Positions 1 to 15,100 of a stretch of 64,000 nucleotides of DNA are shown in pieces. Each line of letters opens with the position of its first letter. Position 1 is the stretch's first letter. The notes under the pieces are model-generated. The model worked only from the letters and a program-made list of their open reading frames with translations. It was not told the origin of the DNA and made no database searches. The position numbers and the translations under genes are program-made. The DNA comes from Amoebophrya sp. A120 (taxonomy: Eukaryota; Protista; Dinoflagellata), in NCBI GenBank assembly GCA_905178155.1, contig CAJINV010000014.1:1567984-1631983 (forward strand). The letters run 5' to 3'.

Positions 1-280
1 GAGGGGGTTTTTGCCACAAACTCAGCGGTCTTCGTCTGTTCGCGTTTGTTTCGATCACAGAAACAAGAGATCACATACAGGCAGAGATCCTCTCGTTCTC
101 GCTGGGTGTCCGTCGACACGGATACGTGCAGGGCAGGAGCAAAATAAGATCCTACGAAGTTGACGAGCGAAAAATTTCAACATGACAAAATTTTCCATTT
201 CTCATGCTAAAAGAAATGAACTCGTCATGCGATTTCTGCATACACCAAGACCAACTGCGATCCATCTTTTGCAATGCATA

Positions 281-1375
281 CGAACCACCACCAACTCATC
301 CTCCTCGGTGATGTCTTCCTCAACAAAGTCAAAGATGAGGTCGGGGACTATCGGCTCTGCCTACTCCTCCGGTAGTGAGCTCTTCGAGCTTGGTATGCAA
401 TACAAATTTCCTGTACATGTACTGCAAGTTGGAGCATGCCACTTGTCATGCTGAATAGGATTGGAAGAAAAGTTTGCCATGCAGAAACCGCATTTGTACG
501 TGTGCGGGAAATTATTTACTGTGGATACTTGGAAGAAATAACTCAACAAACTTAAACTCATCTTCTCCCGCCAAGCCGCCCAACAAGCAACAAAACGATC
601 CTGATTTACTATTTACGTCGTCGACCCCGAAAAAGGACTCGAAAACGAGCATCAGCTCCTTTGACCACATGATGAACAACTACTCGCCGACCTTGCTGAA
701 GACTCTGCTGAATTTCTCACCAACGGCCAGTATCGGTTCCTCCTGGAAAATATGCATTGCAAAAGTATCGCTATCGTACTAGTAGTATAAATTGCATTAA
801 AGAAAGAAAAATGGAACTTGTAATGCTAATTCAGGTAAAAAGGTAGGTTTGTCATGCAAGATTACAATGAATTAGTAATGGCACGAGTGCGATACTTTTG
901 CAAAGGATAGAAAATGTTGACAAGTGGAACAAAAAGCCCTAGCAAAGTTCCAACTGCGAAGGTGATGCCGCTATCTTCCACTTCTTGCGACAAGAGCAGT
1001 AAAAACGCTCTGGACTTCATCGACGTCACCGCAGCCGCGTTTCGGGATGAGGTCGCACCACTGGTGGAGGATAGCATCGATGAGACCACATCTCGGGATG
1101 TTCTCGCGGAAATGCAGCAGAGCAAATTCACCATCCGGGAAGATTCTTTTAGTAAGGCGGAGAAGGAGGGAAAACTGAAACTATCTGCCAGGAGCCGGAG
1201 CAAGTTGTCTCTGTCCAATACGAAGAGTAGCCGCAGCCCCTGCGGGTCGAGCAGAAGTACCAAGGAGCGTGGCACAGCGTCGTCGTCGGGCCGGAACTTA
1301 AAGAACACTCATAGTCGGCGAGGGAAAAGTTTGTGTTGCTGTTTCTACGACGAGAACGAGAACAACGTGGAGTAG
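281..1375 (+). CDS. 3' part of a multi-exon gene, Ser-rich hypothetical protein (begins upstream, probably before the window)
   Basis: ORFs 182-454, 474-782 and 914-1375 join in frame after removing elements 394-527 and 751-909 plus one DR each (...ELG/RNNS...SSWK/MLTSG...NNVE*). Confidence 0.7.
394..527. mobile_element. IR/DR introner-type non-canonical intron
   Basis: DR CTTGG at 389-393 and 528-532; ends TATGCA...TGGATA; frame restored. Confidence 0.8.
751..909. mobile_element. IR/DR introner (TGCAAAAGTATCG family)
   Basis: DR GAAAA at 746-750 and 910-914; TIR core TGCAAAAGTATCGC / GCGATACTTTTGCA; no GT-AG register possible. Confidence 0.85.
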
Positions 1376-3689
1376 AACAGTATATGTATAGCATACTGAA
1401 ACTGAAACTGAAGCTGCTCATCTAGCTCTATTGGGAGGGCGGGGTCAACAAACATGACTACTTAGCCATCTTCTGACGGTTCGAAGTTCGAGGAAATATG
1501 TAGTAGTGGTCCCATTCAATATTCAAATTTATGTTTACTTTTTTGTGAAGATCATTTTTGGTTTCATCTATGCCCAAAAAAAGTGCGATTCCATCTGCAT
1601 CCAGATCCAATGTCTTTGATGAAGCGTTGACATGATACACACAGCCCACTGATTAGTACCACCCCAAGCGCTATCGCCATACCACGCACACCTCAAGGTA
1701 GAACTGAAAAAGTATTAGCTCCACCCCAACGAACGAGCTGCATCAAGTACTTATAGATTTAGATACAATTTTCCTACTAGACGGCTATCCAGAAAATACA
1801 ACTCTACTCAGAGCTCGCGATGTCACGATTCGATAAGTATTGACTTCGCGCTAGTAGCTTCTTCTGTACGCGGTTCGCTACGTTTTCGCAATGATTTTTT
1901 TCGACGTTTGAAAGTAGGTTTCTCGTCGCTCGAAGATCTTCATCGCTACGTGTACGTCTACCTGATTGACACAACGAGGACAACATCATCGACACAAACT
2001 CTAATTCTAAACTTTCAACACAGGAGGCGGGAGTCTTGAAGCTTCAACTATTGAGAACGAGTTTCTTTTTCTACTGCTATTTTACTCCTAGTACTACCTA
2101 CTTCGGGTTCGAACGCAGCCACATCAAAGAAATTTACGCATGCTGATGCTATCGAGCATTTTTCAGATTGATTTTCCAAGAAAAAGAAACCCGCCAAGAA
2201 ATAATCCCCACACAGATTCATTGTATGATAGAGCGTAAGTGTAAGTTTACGCCTGCGTCTTTGGTTTTGACATGGTCATCGTCCTTAGCTTGAGCAACCA
2301 GTTATTTTTGGCTGAACCACCAGCCGCGTCCGTTGGTTTGCTTCTTGTTGAGAGCTCGCCTTTTCATCTGAATAGAAATACTAGAAAATGTCTTTGGAGG
2401 GGAGGAGTATTTTTTATCCCTTGTTTTTTTTAGATGAAGCAACCCTGGAGAAAACGACTCTTACTTTTTGAAACTGGTATTGGTTTTGAATTTGACGAAC
2501 CTCCTGTGGGAATGCGAATTGTTTGACAGTTTTTTTCCTAGTATCGGGAAGGTTGAAAAAATACAAATGAAAATATTATATATGATTTATGATTTTTTAT
2601 GTGCCCCATTTTGAACACACCACGAATAGTTAAAGTGAAGAATGTGCAGGCGCTGGGTATGGTGTAGACCACAAAGTCGCTACTCGAACGAAGGCAATTA
2701 CCACCAAATTCATTCTTGTAGGAAAACCGTGATTGAAGATAATTTAGCACTGAAGGTTGTCTTTGAAAGCGAGGCCTCGGCTTGCTTGCTCCTGGCCGAA
2801 GCTCGCACATTAATGTGCTATCTTCGAAGTCGTCCATCCCCAATGAATACGAACATCTATAATTATGTGAACAAATTATATAGAATGCATGTAATTGGCA
2901 AACTACAGATAGAAGTGGCCTCCAGTCCACGCCCAGCTGATATTTGGAAGTGACGACGCCGAGGAACGAGACGAAGATTTGTACCGTGCACGAATGCATC
3001 ATCAATTTTGTCATTGACAGAAGCATCACATGCCCGATGAAGCTGATTAATTTACTACATCGGAGATAATGCACAAGACGAGATGAAAATAAGCGGGACA
3101 AACACCATATCCTCCAAATCTTTTAGCACAAAAAAACGCTGAATGAATCTGAAAAGAAGATAGAAGCTTGATTATAAGACTAACGACAGATCTTGTCCGC
3201 TCGTCCAAAGCAGTCGCAAATGCTTCAAATCGGGTGGCGTCGCCGGCGTCTTTTGGCTTTTTGAATAGGCGAAAAAAGAAGAAAGAGAGCGAGAGAGGAG
3301 CAGCCCCCAAAAGGAACGAAGTCAAAGTTAGTCCTAGTTTCTTAAGCCATTCGTAGTTGAAATTAAGAAAGTCAAAGAACCAAGTTGCATTTATTTCAGC
3401 TAGATATTGAAATGTTGAAGTTGAAGATATTACCGACGCGTGTCGGCACGCCCTTCCGCTGTGCTTTGCCATTGCCGTTGCCTATGTAGAACGAGGAAGA
3501 GGAGCATGTTTATGCACACGGAAATCATGGTTTTATTCCTGAGAGAAAACAAATTTGGAAGCAGCTGAAGTGTGATATAGCTGCAAGGAGGTCGTGCGTC
3601 TCTAATGTCACAGCGAACTCCAGCTATGCGTCTGTTGTTGTAGCAGCGACATAAATATTGATTTACAATAATTTGCAGCGGCTGCAGCA

Positions 3690-6600
3690 GTGACCGAAAC
3701 CGAGATAAAAATGCCGGAGCCCATCGGCAATCCGAAGGCGTCTCGGTTGCGCCAGCCCCAAACGACTGTGGGTGGAGTGGTCCTTCACACTTCTAAGAGC
3801 ACGACCACAAACGCAGGCATACACTACACTTCAAACCGCACCAGCGACGCGCACGACTTCCAGCGGGAAATCGCCACTTTTGCCAACACGAAGATCCGGC
3901 AGTCCGAGGGCTGCTACTCGCAGCGGGGTAGCGACGTGATTGCTCCTTTTTCCAATGTATTCGCCGGCGGTATAACTCCTGCTGGGTTTGACGAGGAGGA
4001 GGAGCTAAAGCTATTGCAAAAAAGCAAGATGGGTCCTCGTGGAGGTAAAAAGACCAAGCGCCGGCTGTCGCCCAATGTGCTCGAGGACGAGGAAATCATC
4101 ATCAATGGGGATGAAAACTATCCACAAAAAAAAACCAATCCACATCCATTTCCATTTTTTGCATGACAAACACATGATTTGATGCGTGTTTTGCATGACA
4201 AATTGGATGTGGATGAGTTTTTTTCTCTGGATGAAAACAGTGTTGACGATAAATCCACGACACAGGACCAGGAGGAGTTGGAGGGTGAACTGGATCATGA
4301 TTGCGGCGCGCTTGCTTCCGGCTGCAACAGCAACTACGTCTACAACGACAACGAGGAACTACACCATGGCGACCGAGTTTTTGGGAAGACGTACGCAGCT
4401 GCTTACGATGTGACGCAGGTCCACGACCCCGTGGGACGAGACGATGAACGTCGCCATCAAATCTATCAAATCGAGGAAAACTACGAACTTTCGGACGTCG
4501 ACCAAGGTGGAGAGCATTATGCGGACGAGGAAGATTTTGTCAGCGCGGCGGAAAGTCTCGCAGCGTCGACTTTAAGCTTCGGGATTGGAGGCCGCTTGCC
4601 GGCAGAGGGGGGAGCGATGGCAGGCATGCTTTCCAATAGTACCTCCTCTCTTGCAGCAGCGGCTGCAGTAGGAAAAGCCGGAGCAAGTGCAGCATCCAGC
4701 CTGATTGATGATACCCGGCGGGGGGCCACTTCGTACAGGACGGTGGTCGAGGTCGACGACCAGCAGCATGTTGACACTTTTGATCGTGGACAAGGTCCCG
4801 AAATAAATGAGGCACATACTTTTGTAGACGGTCGTGCCTCCTGTAATGACCACGTCGCGCCGCCGCGCAGCTCCAACCACGAGCATCTACTTTTAGAACA
4901 TGCTCCTACTTCGACTTCCAGTCTGCTCGAGGAACGATTTTACAGTTGCGCCGACCGGGAGCAAGTTTTGCCAACGAGCGCATCTGCTTCGGAAATTACC
5001 AACATAAAAAGTCAGGAGCCGCGCGACCGAGTGGATGAAGTTGAAGAGCTTCATGACTTGGGTATAGGATTAGAGTACAAATAAAAATTCTGATGAAGAG
5101 TATCTCGACATCAGAAAAGAAGAACAGATGTTGACGCAGGTCATTTTTTTACTTAGTTACTCTGTTCATACTAGTGAGTCTGGTCTCTTCGAAGACGAAG
5201 ATCCTTGTATCAGTGAAAACAATCTTCAACAACAAACAACAAAACTCTAACTCATGCAGGCCACGGCCGACGTGACGAAGGGCTGCTACAGCAGCCACTC
5301 GGCCCCAAGAACATGATGGGAGAGGACATCTTCAACGGCGCTAGTACCTTCTATGAAGCACATCTTGACCTTGACATCCAGGCGGAGCAGCAACGCCACA
5401 CGACTTCCATCGACGAAGTGGAAGACAACTTGGATGATCTGATGGAAGACTGGGAGCCTCTGGACATCGTGGAGCTGGAGGCGAACTCCACCATCGACGA
5501 ACTGTGGACGCTCTTATGAGACTGCACAACTCCCCCTCCCCCTCATTTGTGATGCAAAATACCAAACTCACACCTTGCTCGTAAGCCCTGTCAGCATAAC
5601 AATTTTTGAAACCTCAAATAGTACTACAATCCGCAACCGCATGTTGTACATTTGTCATGCGAAAGCCCCTTTTCTATTTCTGTTGTTGCTTGTGTTTCTT
5701 TTCATGCAATACAAATGAGGGGAGGGGACGAAGTTGTGCACTCTCATAGTTCTTGTTCCAGAACTACGATTGGCTTCGACAGGTGGAAAAATCGCTGAAG
5801 CGGACGAAGGGGAGCATCGATCGGTTGGCGATGAACAGCGGAGCGACGATGAACAGTTCCTCCTGCTTTAGCTCTCCAGACGGAAAGATGACAGCTGCTA
5901 GTCGCACCCCCACGGGAAAGATCATGAACCGCAGCACAATTTCTAGCAACAGCAAGTCCTTCCTGAATTCGAGTTTTGACTCGTCCAGCGTCGCGGCGGC
6001 CTATAATTCTCCGGGTGGTTATGGTGGGTTTGGGTCGTTTATTTCAACGTCACTGAGAGATGGTAGAGATAAGATGAAAAAAACTAGCACCACGTCACGA
6101 AACAACAGCATTCGGGAGGGGTTCGCGGGCATCCGCTCGAGTTTGCTGGATCCTCACGGACGGCAGAAGACGTTTGAATCCACGCCGACGAAAATTCAGA
6201 TGAACGCGTTCGAAGAAGAGGAAATCTACTTGGAGGAACGCAAGTCTTCTACGTCTTTTAATACAACGACGAGGAACAAGACTTCTCTCAAGCAAGTGCC
6301 AAATCGGAATCCAGCATCCCGGAGCCGCAGCAGGAGCCCAACCACCAGCTTCCTGAACAAAACGGGAAAGAATGGTGCGAAAAAAAATGATAACAGCGTC
6401 ATGAATATTAAGTCTCCTGCTGCCACTGTACTTCTGTCGGAAAGCGAGGCGAAGCAGATCGTGAATCGGCTCTACAACGGTGGGCGTCCTGTTATACCGA
6501 ATATTATGCATGGGGCTAGCATTAGCAAGCACCGCTCTACTGCGGCTTCTATCCACCAAGTAGATCGGCTGCACACATTGGCAGAGGAAGGCGAAGACGC

Positions 6601-9600
6601 GTTCACTTCGCCGTTTAATGGCGGCGCTGGTGAAACAGAAACTACAGAAGCGAACGAGGAGCAGGACAGCAATATCGTGGAAATCACGGATGATCACGAG
6701 GACCAGCCAGAAAAGACCATGCCTCTTTCACCTTCTTCCACCACAGCGAAGATTCTGACTGGAGACACGACCTCCAGCTCCACTGCAGCTCGCCGAGATA
6801 ATATTGCGCCAGCCACGACGGGCGAGATCACGACCAGCCATCGCGGCAGTAAAAGAGATTTAACGTCAAAGACGAAAGTATCGAGAAAAGTTTCGAAATC
6901 ACCCACGATTTCTTCTTCAAAAAAGACTCAAGTCACCTCGTCGTCTCACCCGAGGACTAGCGCGAAAGTCACGGACAAGAAGCATCATGGTGTTTTAGTT
7001 GGACATTCCGGCCGCGGCCGCGGGGGCTCTACTTCCACGAAAATCTTGCAGCAGGCTAGTGCACCTCCGGACGACGAAATGAATAAAGCCTCCACCACCG
7101 AGAACCAGGTCGAGGTCACGAAGATGCTCAGGACGTTGGAGAAACAGCGAAGATTGCTGGAGCAAGACCTGGAGAAAATTCGCGAAGACACCACGCAAAT
7201 CGAGCTTTTGGTTGCGCGGAGGCAGAAGGAGCAACTACAGCAGCAGAACTTGGAGTTGGTGACCTCCTCCGTCGGAGTTACGTCCTCGTCAGGAATAGCA
7301 GCCGTAGCAGAAGTAGCTGGAGTGCAGCAGGAGCGTGAAGAGAAGAATGACGACGTCAAGGCCTCCGTCACCTCCTCACGGGACAACATCGATGAAAGCG
7401 AAATTGTTCATCAGGAGGTGGAGCACATTCTTGCTGGCGCGACCAGTAACGTAGCGTCAGCAGGAGGTTTTCTACCACAGACGCCGGGTATAGACTACGG
7501 CTATTGCGCATCCAAACTAGCAGGACCAGCAGTCGTAGTTTCGATGTAGTTAGATGAGTTATTTGGTATGTTGCAGTTGTACTCGACTGCAATTGCATCA
7601 AGAAGAGAACGAAGTAGATGTTGACGGCGCCCCTGCGATGTCTTTCTCTGCTTTATGCCAAAGAAAATACGAGTTGTTTGAATGTGAATGTGAAGACATT
7701 GAAATTTTTCATTAGAACGCGTCACCTTCCTAATTGACTACATCCCAGGTTCCTCTGTCGCAGTGTCTACGCGCACCAGCTGCCGCCCGCCTTTGCTACC
7801 GAGTACAGCGAGACTTGTCGGGGGCGGTGGATCTTCTACTACGAGTGCTAATCTGCAGTCTGACCTAGGTACGAAGCTCCATGGTGTCATTTCCAGAGCG
7901 GTGAGCCGTGAGGTGAACAAAATTTCCCGATCGCGGGGCAACAGCGTGGATTACACTGTAGTTTCTGAACAGCAGCAGGAACTGTTTCACTCGGAAACAA
8001 GAACTGGAAGTGGGGACGGAGCTGGAGCTGGTAGCGGCAATGCCACCGCGCAGCAGCTGCAGGACGGTTGCAGTACTAGCGGACAGCAAAGTTCCGCCTG
8101 CAGCCGCAGTCGCAAAAGGTCAAGCTCGCGCAAGCCGAGTGTGCCGAGCCATGTCGTGCGGCCAGCAGCGCCAGGCTCTTTCTCGGCCTCTGCAAAGAGT
8201 AGATCGACAGCGAGAGAACTACAAAAGGATTCAAGAACTCCACCTGTGTCTGCCATCGCTGGACTGTCTCATCAATCACAATCGGCGAGCACTAGTGCTC
8301 TACTCCTTTCAGGAAAAGATGATAGTAGAGAAAGAGATGCACAAGAGCAGACGAAAAGAAACTCGACAGCCGCGGCGCGAAGGAGGTCAAGGTCCCGGAG
8401 AAGTAAAGCGCCACACGAGCATTTGATCTGTAATGGGGGAGGACCTGGTGGTGCGGGCCGACCCTTGTCGGGAAGCAGAGCAGGCTCCACCTCCTCCGCT
8501 GCTAGACGGAGTAGATCGCGGTCCACCAAAGTCAGCTTGTCTGCTCGCGAAAGAAAGCCCCAACAGGATCATCGTAGTGCGGGGGATGACATTGAGCAGT
8601 TGTCAGAAGGCCAAGTTGTAGGCCAAACTCTGCACGGGAGGTGTGGTGACACATATCATGTCGGCATGATGGTCGTGGCAGCGAGAGAATCCGAACGAGA
8701 AGCAGTGCAAGGACAGATACGGCTCCAAACGTCTTTCTTGGGCGGGATTTTTGACACCAGCAAGAGCGGATCGAAAACGCCCGGGAGTTGTACTAGCTTT
8801 CTGAGCGAGCAGGTCTCTTCTTCGACGATGATGATGCAAGGTAGAAGACTTGTAACCACACAACTGCCAACGCCGCAGCGAATCGTTTGTTCGACAGCGA
8901 CGGGCGCAGCTCCTGCTGCGCCAGCATCTTCATCTCTGTACCAGAATTATTGTTCCACAACACCGATCAACAGCGGAGGTGGCGCCGCGTCGCCAATCAA
9001 CCTGTCCAACGTTGCTGCAGCTTTTCGCCGATCTCTCAGTCCGCCGCAGGTTGGAAGAAATAGAGAGAATACTGGCGGTGCAGCAGGTACTTCTACTGCG
9101 TCGTCAGGAGCTCCTGGCGACACGAAGATCGCTTTTCCTATGGGTGGTTCTTGTTCACCACTCGCAGCTGCACTTCCGAGGTCTCCGACCAGCAACAGCT
9201 TTTTTAAAACCATCAACACTGGTTCCTTTCATGTGAGCAAGGCGATTTTTCCGATTCCCACTCCAACTTCGCCCGGCGGTGCCTCGTCGCCTTTGCTGCA
9301 CCGAAACATGGTTGCTGGCGGCACAGCTACAACTCCTGGAACGATTATTGGGCCATTTAATAGGAACAGCACAGAAGTTGCCGGAGTGCAACTGTTCAAA
9401 AATGCAAGCAACACGATCCAGACACCTGTCAGGCCGAGAAGTTTCGTCACGGCGGCTGCAGTTGCAGCAGAGAAAAAGTGTGCTGCTTCTGTGCTGATAA
9501 ACACGTGCTCCGCGAAATCGACGCAAGCGCCGAATAGCTGTAGTATAATGGTGGACGACTGCTCGCCATCACCCGTTGAGGAAGTAGCTGCTGCTCCTGG

Positions 9601-11002
9601 AGAAAACAAACAAGCTGCGACTGTGAACAGGAAAGCGGTTGTAGGAATAAATACAAGCACAACAAACTCCAGCAGTGTGAATTCTGCTTCTGCGAGCAGG
9701 CCGAAAATAAGCCGCCCTCCAAAGTTGCCCCCGGCCTCAACTGCAAAATCAAAGCGCGAGGGTGCTGGTGGCCGCCCGGGTGCGACTTCTAGGTCTAGCG
9801 GAACAAGTGCTGGAGTAAACACCTGCAAGGGCGCGGCAGCTGTTGCCGCGGCTTGCTCGCCTAACCCAAGCAACTGCAGCCCTCTCGTTCCTGTTGCACT
9901 TCTACGACAGATGACGAGCTGCAGCCCCGGAGTGAACCACCACGATGATGGCGCAACTGAGGGCGGATGCGGAATCAGTATCAGAAGCACATCAAGCAGA
10001 ACAAATGACGTCGACGCATCAGGATCGTTCTCGTCTTCTGTTGTGCTAGAGAAGGACGCCCGCGGGCGGGGCACAGGTAGTACAACAGTGGCACAGCAAG
10101 CGAACAACTCTGCAGGAGGACCTGCGTCATCGTCCGCAAATACCATGAGCAGGACCGCTAGCGGATCGAGAATTTTGGCCTCCATTGTGCAGCCAAAAAT
10201 GGCCACGCCAACATCTTCAGGAGGAGCGTCTGCGTCAGCTGCAACAGCTTCTACGTCGCATCTTGTTCAGCCACGACAGCGAGTGGATGAAGCTTCTCTG
10301 TTGCGGCCACCACAAAACATCCAGCACGGCGCCAGCAGCGTCCCGACCAAAATCGTCCTTGATAGCAGGCGATCGGCTTCTTTTTCGGTGCCCCACCCCG
10401 GAGGCGGAAGTACAAGTGGTGGACCACCTGCTGCGCAGGGTTTTGTTGCAAACAACGTGAATGGGATTTTAAACACCACTTCTGCAGTACTGCGAGCGAC
10501 AGCGCAACACAGCAGGACGAGCAGAGAAGGGTCTTTAACAAGACCTAGTCTGTGTCTGCTAAACGCGACGAACATGTTGAGCTTTTCTCCTCCGGCTAGA
10601 AACCAGCAGGAGCAGATGGTCATCAAAAATAAAAATGACTCTCCCGCCGCTACAACTTCAAACCTCCTACCAGCGACGAGAGCCTCTTTGTCACAGAACA
10701 GCAACACAGCACAGTTTCCAGCATCGAATTTGTTTGCTATTACAACCCCCGCATCGAGAAAAAATAACACTTCTGCTATGCTGCGAGCAATTATTCCTGC
10801 TCCTGCAGCGTCCTCTTCCAAAATCCGAGCTACTTCGTTGCCCCCGCCGGGCTACTGCGGGAGTGGTTGCGGGGACGAAATGAAGGAGAAGGACCTTCAG
10901 CTGCAAGAAGTAGAACTACACATCGAAGACAAAACGCGAACCTTAATGCGACAGGAAAAATCACAAAAACTTCCCACTGCAGGGGAAATTATTTCCTTGT
11001 AG
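3690..11002 (+). CDS. Large multi-exon low-complexity Ser/Thr/Ala-rich hypothetical protein (start uncertain)
   Basis: ORFs 3690-, 4179-, 5313- and 5753- join in frame via elements 4119-4233 and 5515-5748 and a GT-AG intron 5062-5259. The join to ORF 7763-11002 through an intron ending AG at 7748 is probable, but the donor is unresolved. No domain recognised. Confidence 0.6.
4119..4233. mobile_element. IR/DR introner (short TATCCA family)
   Basis: DR AAAAC at 4114-4118 and 4234-4238; join DEN/SVDD in frame. Confidence 0.85.
5515..5748. mobile_element. IR/DR introner
   Basis: TIR TATGAGACTGCACAACT / AGTTGTGCACTCTCATA; DR GCTCT/GTTCT; join WTL/LFQNY. Confidence 0.85.
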
Positions 11003-12106
11003 TTGTAAGCAAGGGAATGGGAAGCAGCCGCGCAGCGACTAGGACTACCTAACAAGCATTTTTCCGTTGCGAAAAATCGAAGTGATTATATTCTCGACCA
11101 AGAAGATCATGACCATGAGCAACAAGTTTTTTTTGCGTTTTTTTGCAAGATGAAATAGAGTGACAAGATCTGTCGGAAGTAATACGAGTAGGTACCGCCC
11201 AGGCCTCCGCGAAAGTTGCGGTCCTATCTATCATCATGCTCCTGTCCTCGCATCGTGCGGACTCTTTCTTTTGTTCCAATGAATTATTATTTTTTTTTTC
11301 TGCAATAAAGACCGTACGAGATAAACCATTTCCATCGTTCAATTGAGCATCATGTAAGGAGCACAAACAAATTTGTTGTGTCTTATGTGAGCCCAACGAC
11401 CAGCACGACCACCAGCATAGAGGACACGCAACGCAGAGCCTCTGTTGTTCCAAAACCACTTTCGACTCCTACAGAATACGAGTCGTTTCGTTCTGATACT
11501 AGTAAGTTCAAGCTCGTCACCTTCTGCTTCTCGTTCATGTAACACGTCCGCGGCCTACTTCCATCGTTCTCTGCGTCGTAGCCGTACTGCTGTCATTTTC
11601 TACTTCTAGTAGAAGTCGTACTGGTCGTTCTTTGTAGTATTGTGGGTCAACACAATTGGAGGAGCAGAGCTGCACGTTGCTCCATCGGCTGACATCGTTT
11701 TATTCGTACTCAACAAACATTTATGTGCACTGTTAGATGAACACGACTTCATCTATTTGAAATGAATCCCGATTCGTTTTGGTTGCCGCTGGTGTAGTTC
11801 TCGTACCCGGCGGAGTTGTCTCTTATGTGCAAAATCAAAAAAATCACCAGCCGCAGCCGAAATTGGACCACGTCGTCAATACAGTGCGAAAAAAAAGAAC
11901 TACCTACGATGTTTTTTGCTTTGGCATATATTTTCGCTAAAGCTTCACCGCGACCCCGACAACAACTATTGTGATTAACTAACAGAATTTTTAGACTCCT
12001 TTAACCCGCCCAAACAATCACGCCCTCATTACAACTACCTACACGGAGAGGAAGCACAGTTACAAAGTACTATTTGTAGCCTTTATTCCTGTAGTACAGA
12101 GGAAAG

Positions 12107-15100
12107 ATGAGGACGAGGAAAGGAGTGTGTTTATATAATAACTCACTCCCCGCGTCGGTCGCACTATGTCATCAACATCATTTTCTTTTTCTGGTACTTC
12201 TAGCTGCGGCCGCCTTGCTAGTACCGTACTCCTCCACCAGCGCAGTCGTAGCTGTACTAGCGCTGCCTCCGTTGATGTCTCGTCGTGGAACTGCATCAAG
12301 AATAACCACGACCCGGCCCCCGACGACGAGTACTGCTTCTGCTGCAGCAGCAGGAGGTGATGAGATAATACAAGGGGCTGCACCTCCACCGGCAGGCGAA
12401 AGTAGGCCTTTTCTCCAGAAGAAATCCAAATCGAGGCTGTTGCGCGGAGGTGTAGACCGTAGTGGTCGTAGAGCTGCACAAGGAGGTCGTGAAAGTGCGC
12501 CCTTATTGCAGCTGCAGGAGCCGACCTTTCTGACGTTGGCGAGATCTGATTCTGAATTTTTGTCCTCGTCTTCAACTACCATAGAGACCAGCAGCCGCAC
12601 TGGTGGCGGTGCAATCGCAAAGAGGACACATTATGCGGAGCAGGACGCAGCTGCTGCTGCACGGAATAAAAGAACGAAAAACCGAAACGCTTCCGACGAC
12701 GTGAAAAAGATAATTCGCGAGAACATCAACTACAACGCGACCGAGCAGGACGAAGATGATCCTGCGCAAAAACTAATGCGGCTGAACTTCCTTGAGACTG
12801 CAATTAGTGCAGCGGCGAGTCGGGAAGATGTTGATTCTAGGGAGCGACGAGAGCCGCCCGTCGGGTTTCGAGTTCGTCCAGTGCCCCGCGAATACTGGAA
12901 GGCATCCTGCCGGAGGCACAACGACGAAGCCTCGTGTCTGGGGGAAGATCTAGTAGAGGTGCTGGAGACCTCGATGAAAAGTATTAACCCAGAAACATCA
13001 ACATCAACCCCTCTTTATCGATCCAATGCGGAGAGCTGCGAATGGGTTCAGTGGAATGAAGATGCGTCCCCCGACGTGTATACATGCGAACTTCGCGTGA
13101 CACCAAGGGACCCACCAGACGAAAGGGGAAGTGGCGAAAAGTACCTGTTCCGGAGCAGTAGCCGGTTTCGACAGGAGACTTCTGCGCTTATGAAAAGCAC
13201 CGGGCGGTCCGAGGCGCCCAGCTTCTGCCTGGCGGAGCACACGTTTTGCGAAGGCACCGCGCAGAACCAGGGGCGTCGGTTGGGACTCTGCTGCGCCGGG
13301 TACGAGTGCCGCCGGTATCCGCACTACGCCATCATGAACGAAAGGCAGGCACAAAGCTCCTTCCCTGGCAGAACTGAAACTGCTCGCAGAGGAGAAATCG
13401 GCAGCGCGGCGGTGGAAGTCAGTGGAGCACGCGTCCGGCTCGGAGTTGCAAATCTTGTCAGTGTGTATCAAATGCAAAAATGTCTGGGCCTGGAAGAATG
13501 CTCGATTTGTTATGCAGCTTTTCCATGACCCATGAGGTCTGGAATGCAGGACCTAGCATCACAGATTTTGTGCGATGTCTCTCATGCCTATCCTGCATGA
13601 GAAACTCCCTCCCGACTTGGTCAAAACCGGACGACTTTTGGTAATCAAGCAACACAGATTTTTGCATGCTTCAGATTTTGCATGACAAGTTGCATTCTTG
13701 CAGACCCAGACATTTTTACATTTGATAGTCTGCACATCGGCCGCGACCCCACGTTCTACATCTACAAAGCGGTCGTATATGCACTGCAAATCTATCGCAC
13801 TACCTAGTATAAATCGCATGACAAATTTCCTCAGCATGAGAAATGAAATCTGTAATGCGGATTTAACTTGACGCAATCCATAAACGCGATTAGTACGAGT
13901 GCGATGCTATTGCCATGCATATCGTGCCGTTGGAGGCCATTTTCATCTTCACCTGCATGATCTATGCCACGCCAGTCAGTGACGTCTCTATGCACCGCAA
14001 TAAACGTGTCTGGGTTTGGATAAGAAAGTTCGAACTCATGCTGGTCTATACATGCCTGCGAAATTTGTGTTGCATGACCAACAAAAGCCGCTGGGCGCTG
14101 CCTCTTTTGTCATACAAAAACTAAAAGGACGCAGCTTCTCATGCGGGTTGCGCATGCCCGTGCGAAAACGTTCTGGAAAGTCAAAGTTTATCTTCATCAT
14201 CGACACTTTGGCATCACAAGTTTCCAGACCCAGACACATTTGCATTTGATAGGCTCCGGGCGACTACAACTTCTTTTCGGCATGTTTCTGACCGGCTTCG
14301 CGATCCAGTGGACCATTCTCGACCGCTTGCCCCGGGTCCCTTACTTGACCGTGCTCGATAAGTTTATCTTCATGGTCGTTGTCATCTTGTTGACGGTAGG
14401 CCTCGGCAGTTGCTGCGCGTTTCTGGTCTGGCGGAGCGAGGAGGAGGGCGACGGAGAAGATGTATGGAAGCGTCAGGATCGAAATCAACAAAATCGAAAT
14501 AATTTGTGACGCACAAAATTGATACCACTTGGGACCTCAGTTGCCAAGTGGCGCATGACAAATTTCGGGAGCACCAAAATCCAGTTTGTAATGCTGTTTG
14601 GGGAAAGAAGACCGCTCCTGTCATGCTACTCGGGCAGCGCATCTCCTTCTCCTAAACAGGCTGGCAATCGCTCTTATTTGCCTGCTCCCCAACACTGGCT
14701 CTACGTGCTCTACATTTTATGCATCACAAACTTTTCGACTTTGTCAATTTCAATCCTGACGCTTCCATAAGATGGCTCGAACCTTTATTCCTCGTCTTCC
14801 GGAAGTGGCCGCCGGTCTCTGTCCGCCTTACACAAGCCGTTTGACAGTTTGGCGAGTAAAACGGACTTCTGCTTCTGCGCGTTCGTATTGTCCGCGTTCG
14901 CTTTTGGGCACTGGCGTCTGTTCCGGGCGGTTACGCGGCAGAACGACCTGGGGAACGGTATGTACCGAAAATGGGTCCAAGGGGGGAATTGGTACAACGC
15001 CGGGGCGGAGATTGTGATTGGGTACAGGTTATCCAGTGCAAAAGTACTGCGCTCGAAGCATTCGTTGTGACAGATCTCGCTTCTCATTCTCAAGTGAAAG

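Noticed and set aside
171-280. Element with right end TGCAATGCATA but no matching left TIR
   Set aside because: Probably a truncated introner (possible DR CGAAA/CGAAC), but the left boundary cannot be fixed.
1458-3472. Possible minus-strand membrane-protein gene (ORFs 3047-3472, 2538-3101)
   Set aside because: Hydrophobic stretches are present, but I could not build a consistent exon chain or recognise a domain.
9229-10821. Long antisense ORFs opposite 7763-11002 (and similarly opposite the copia ORF)
   Set aside because: Shadow frames of GC-rich coding sequence with no independent support.
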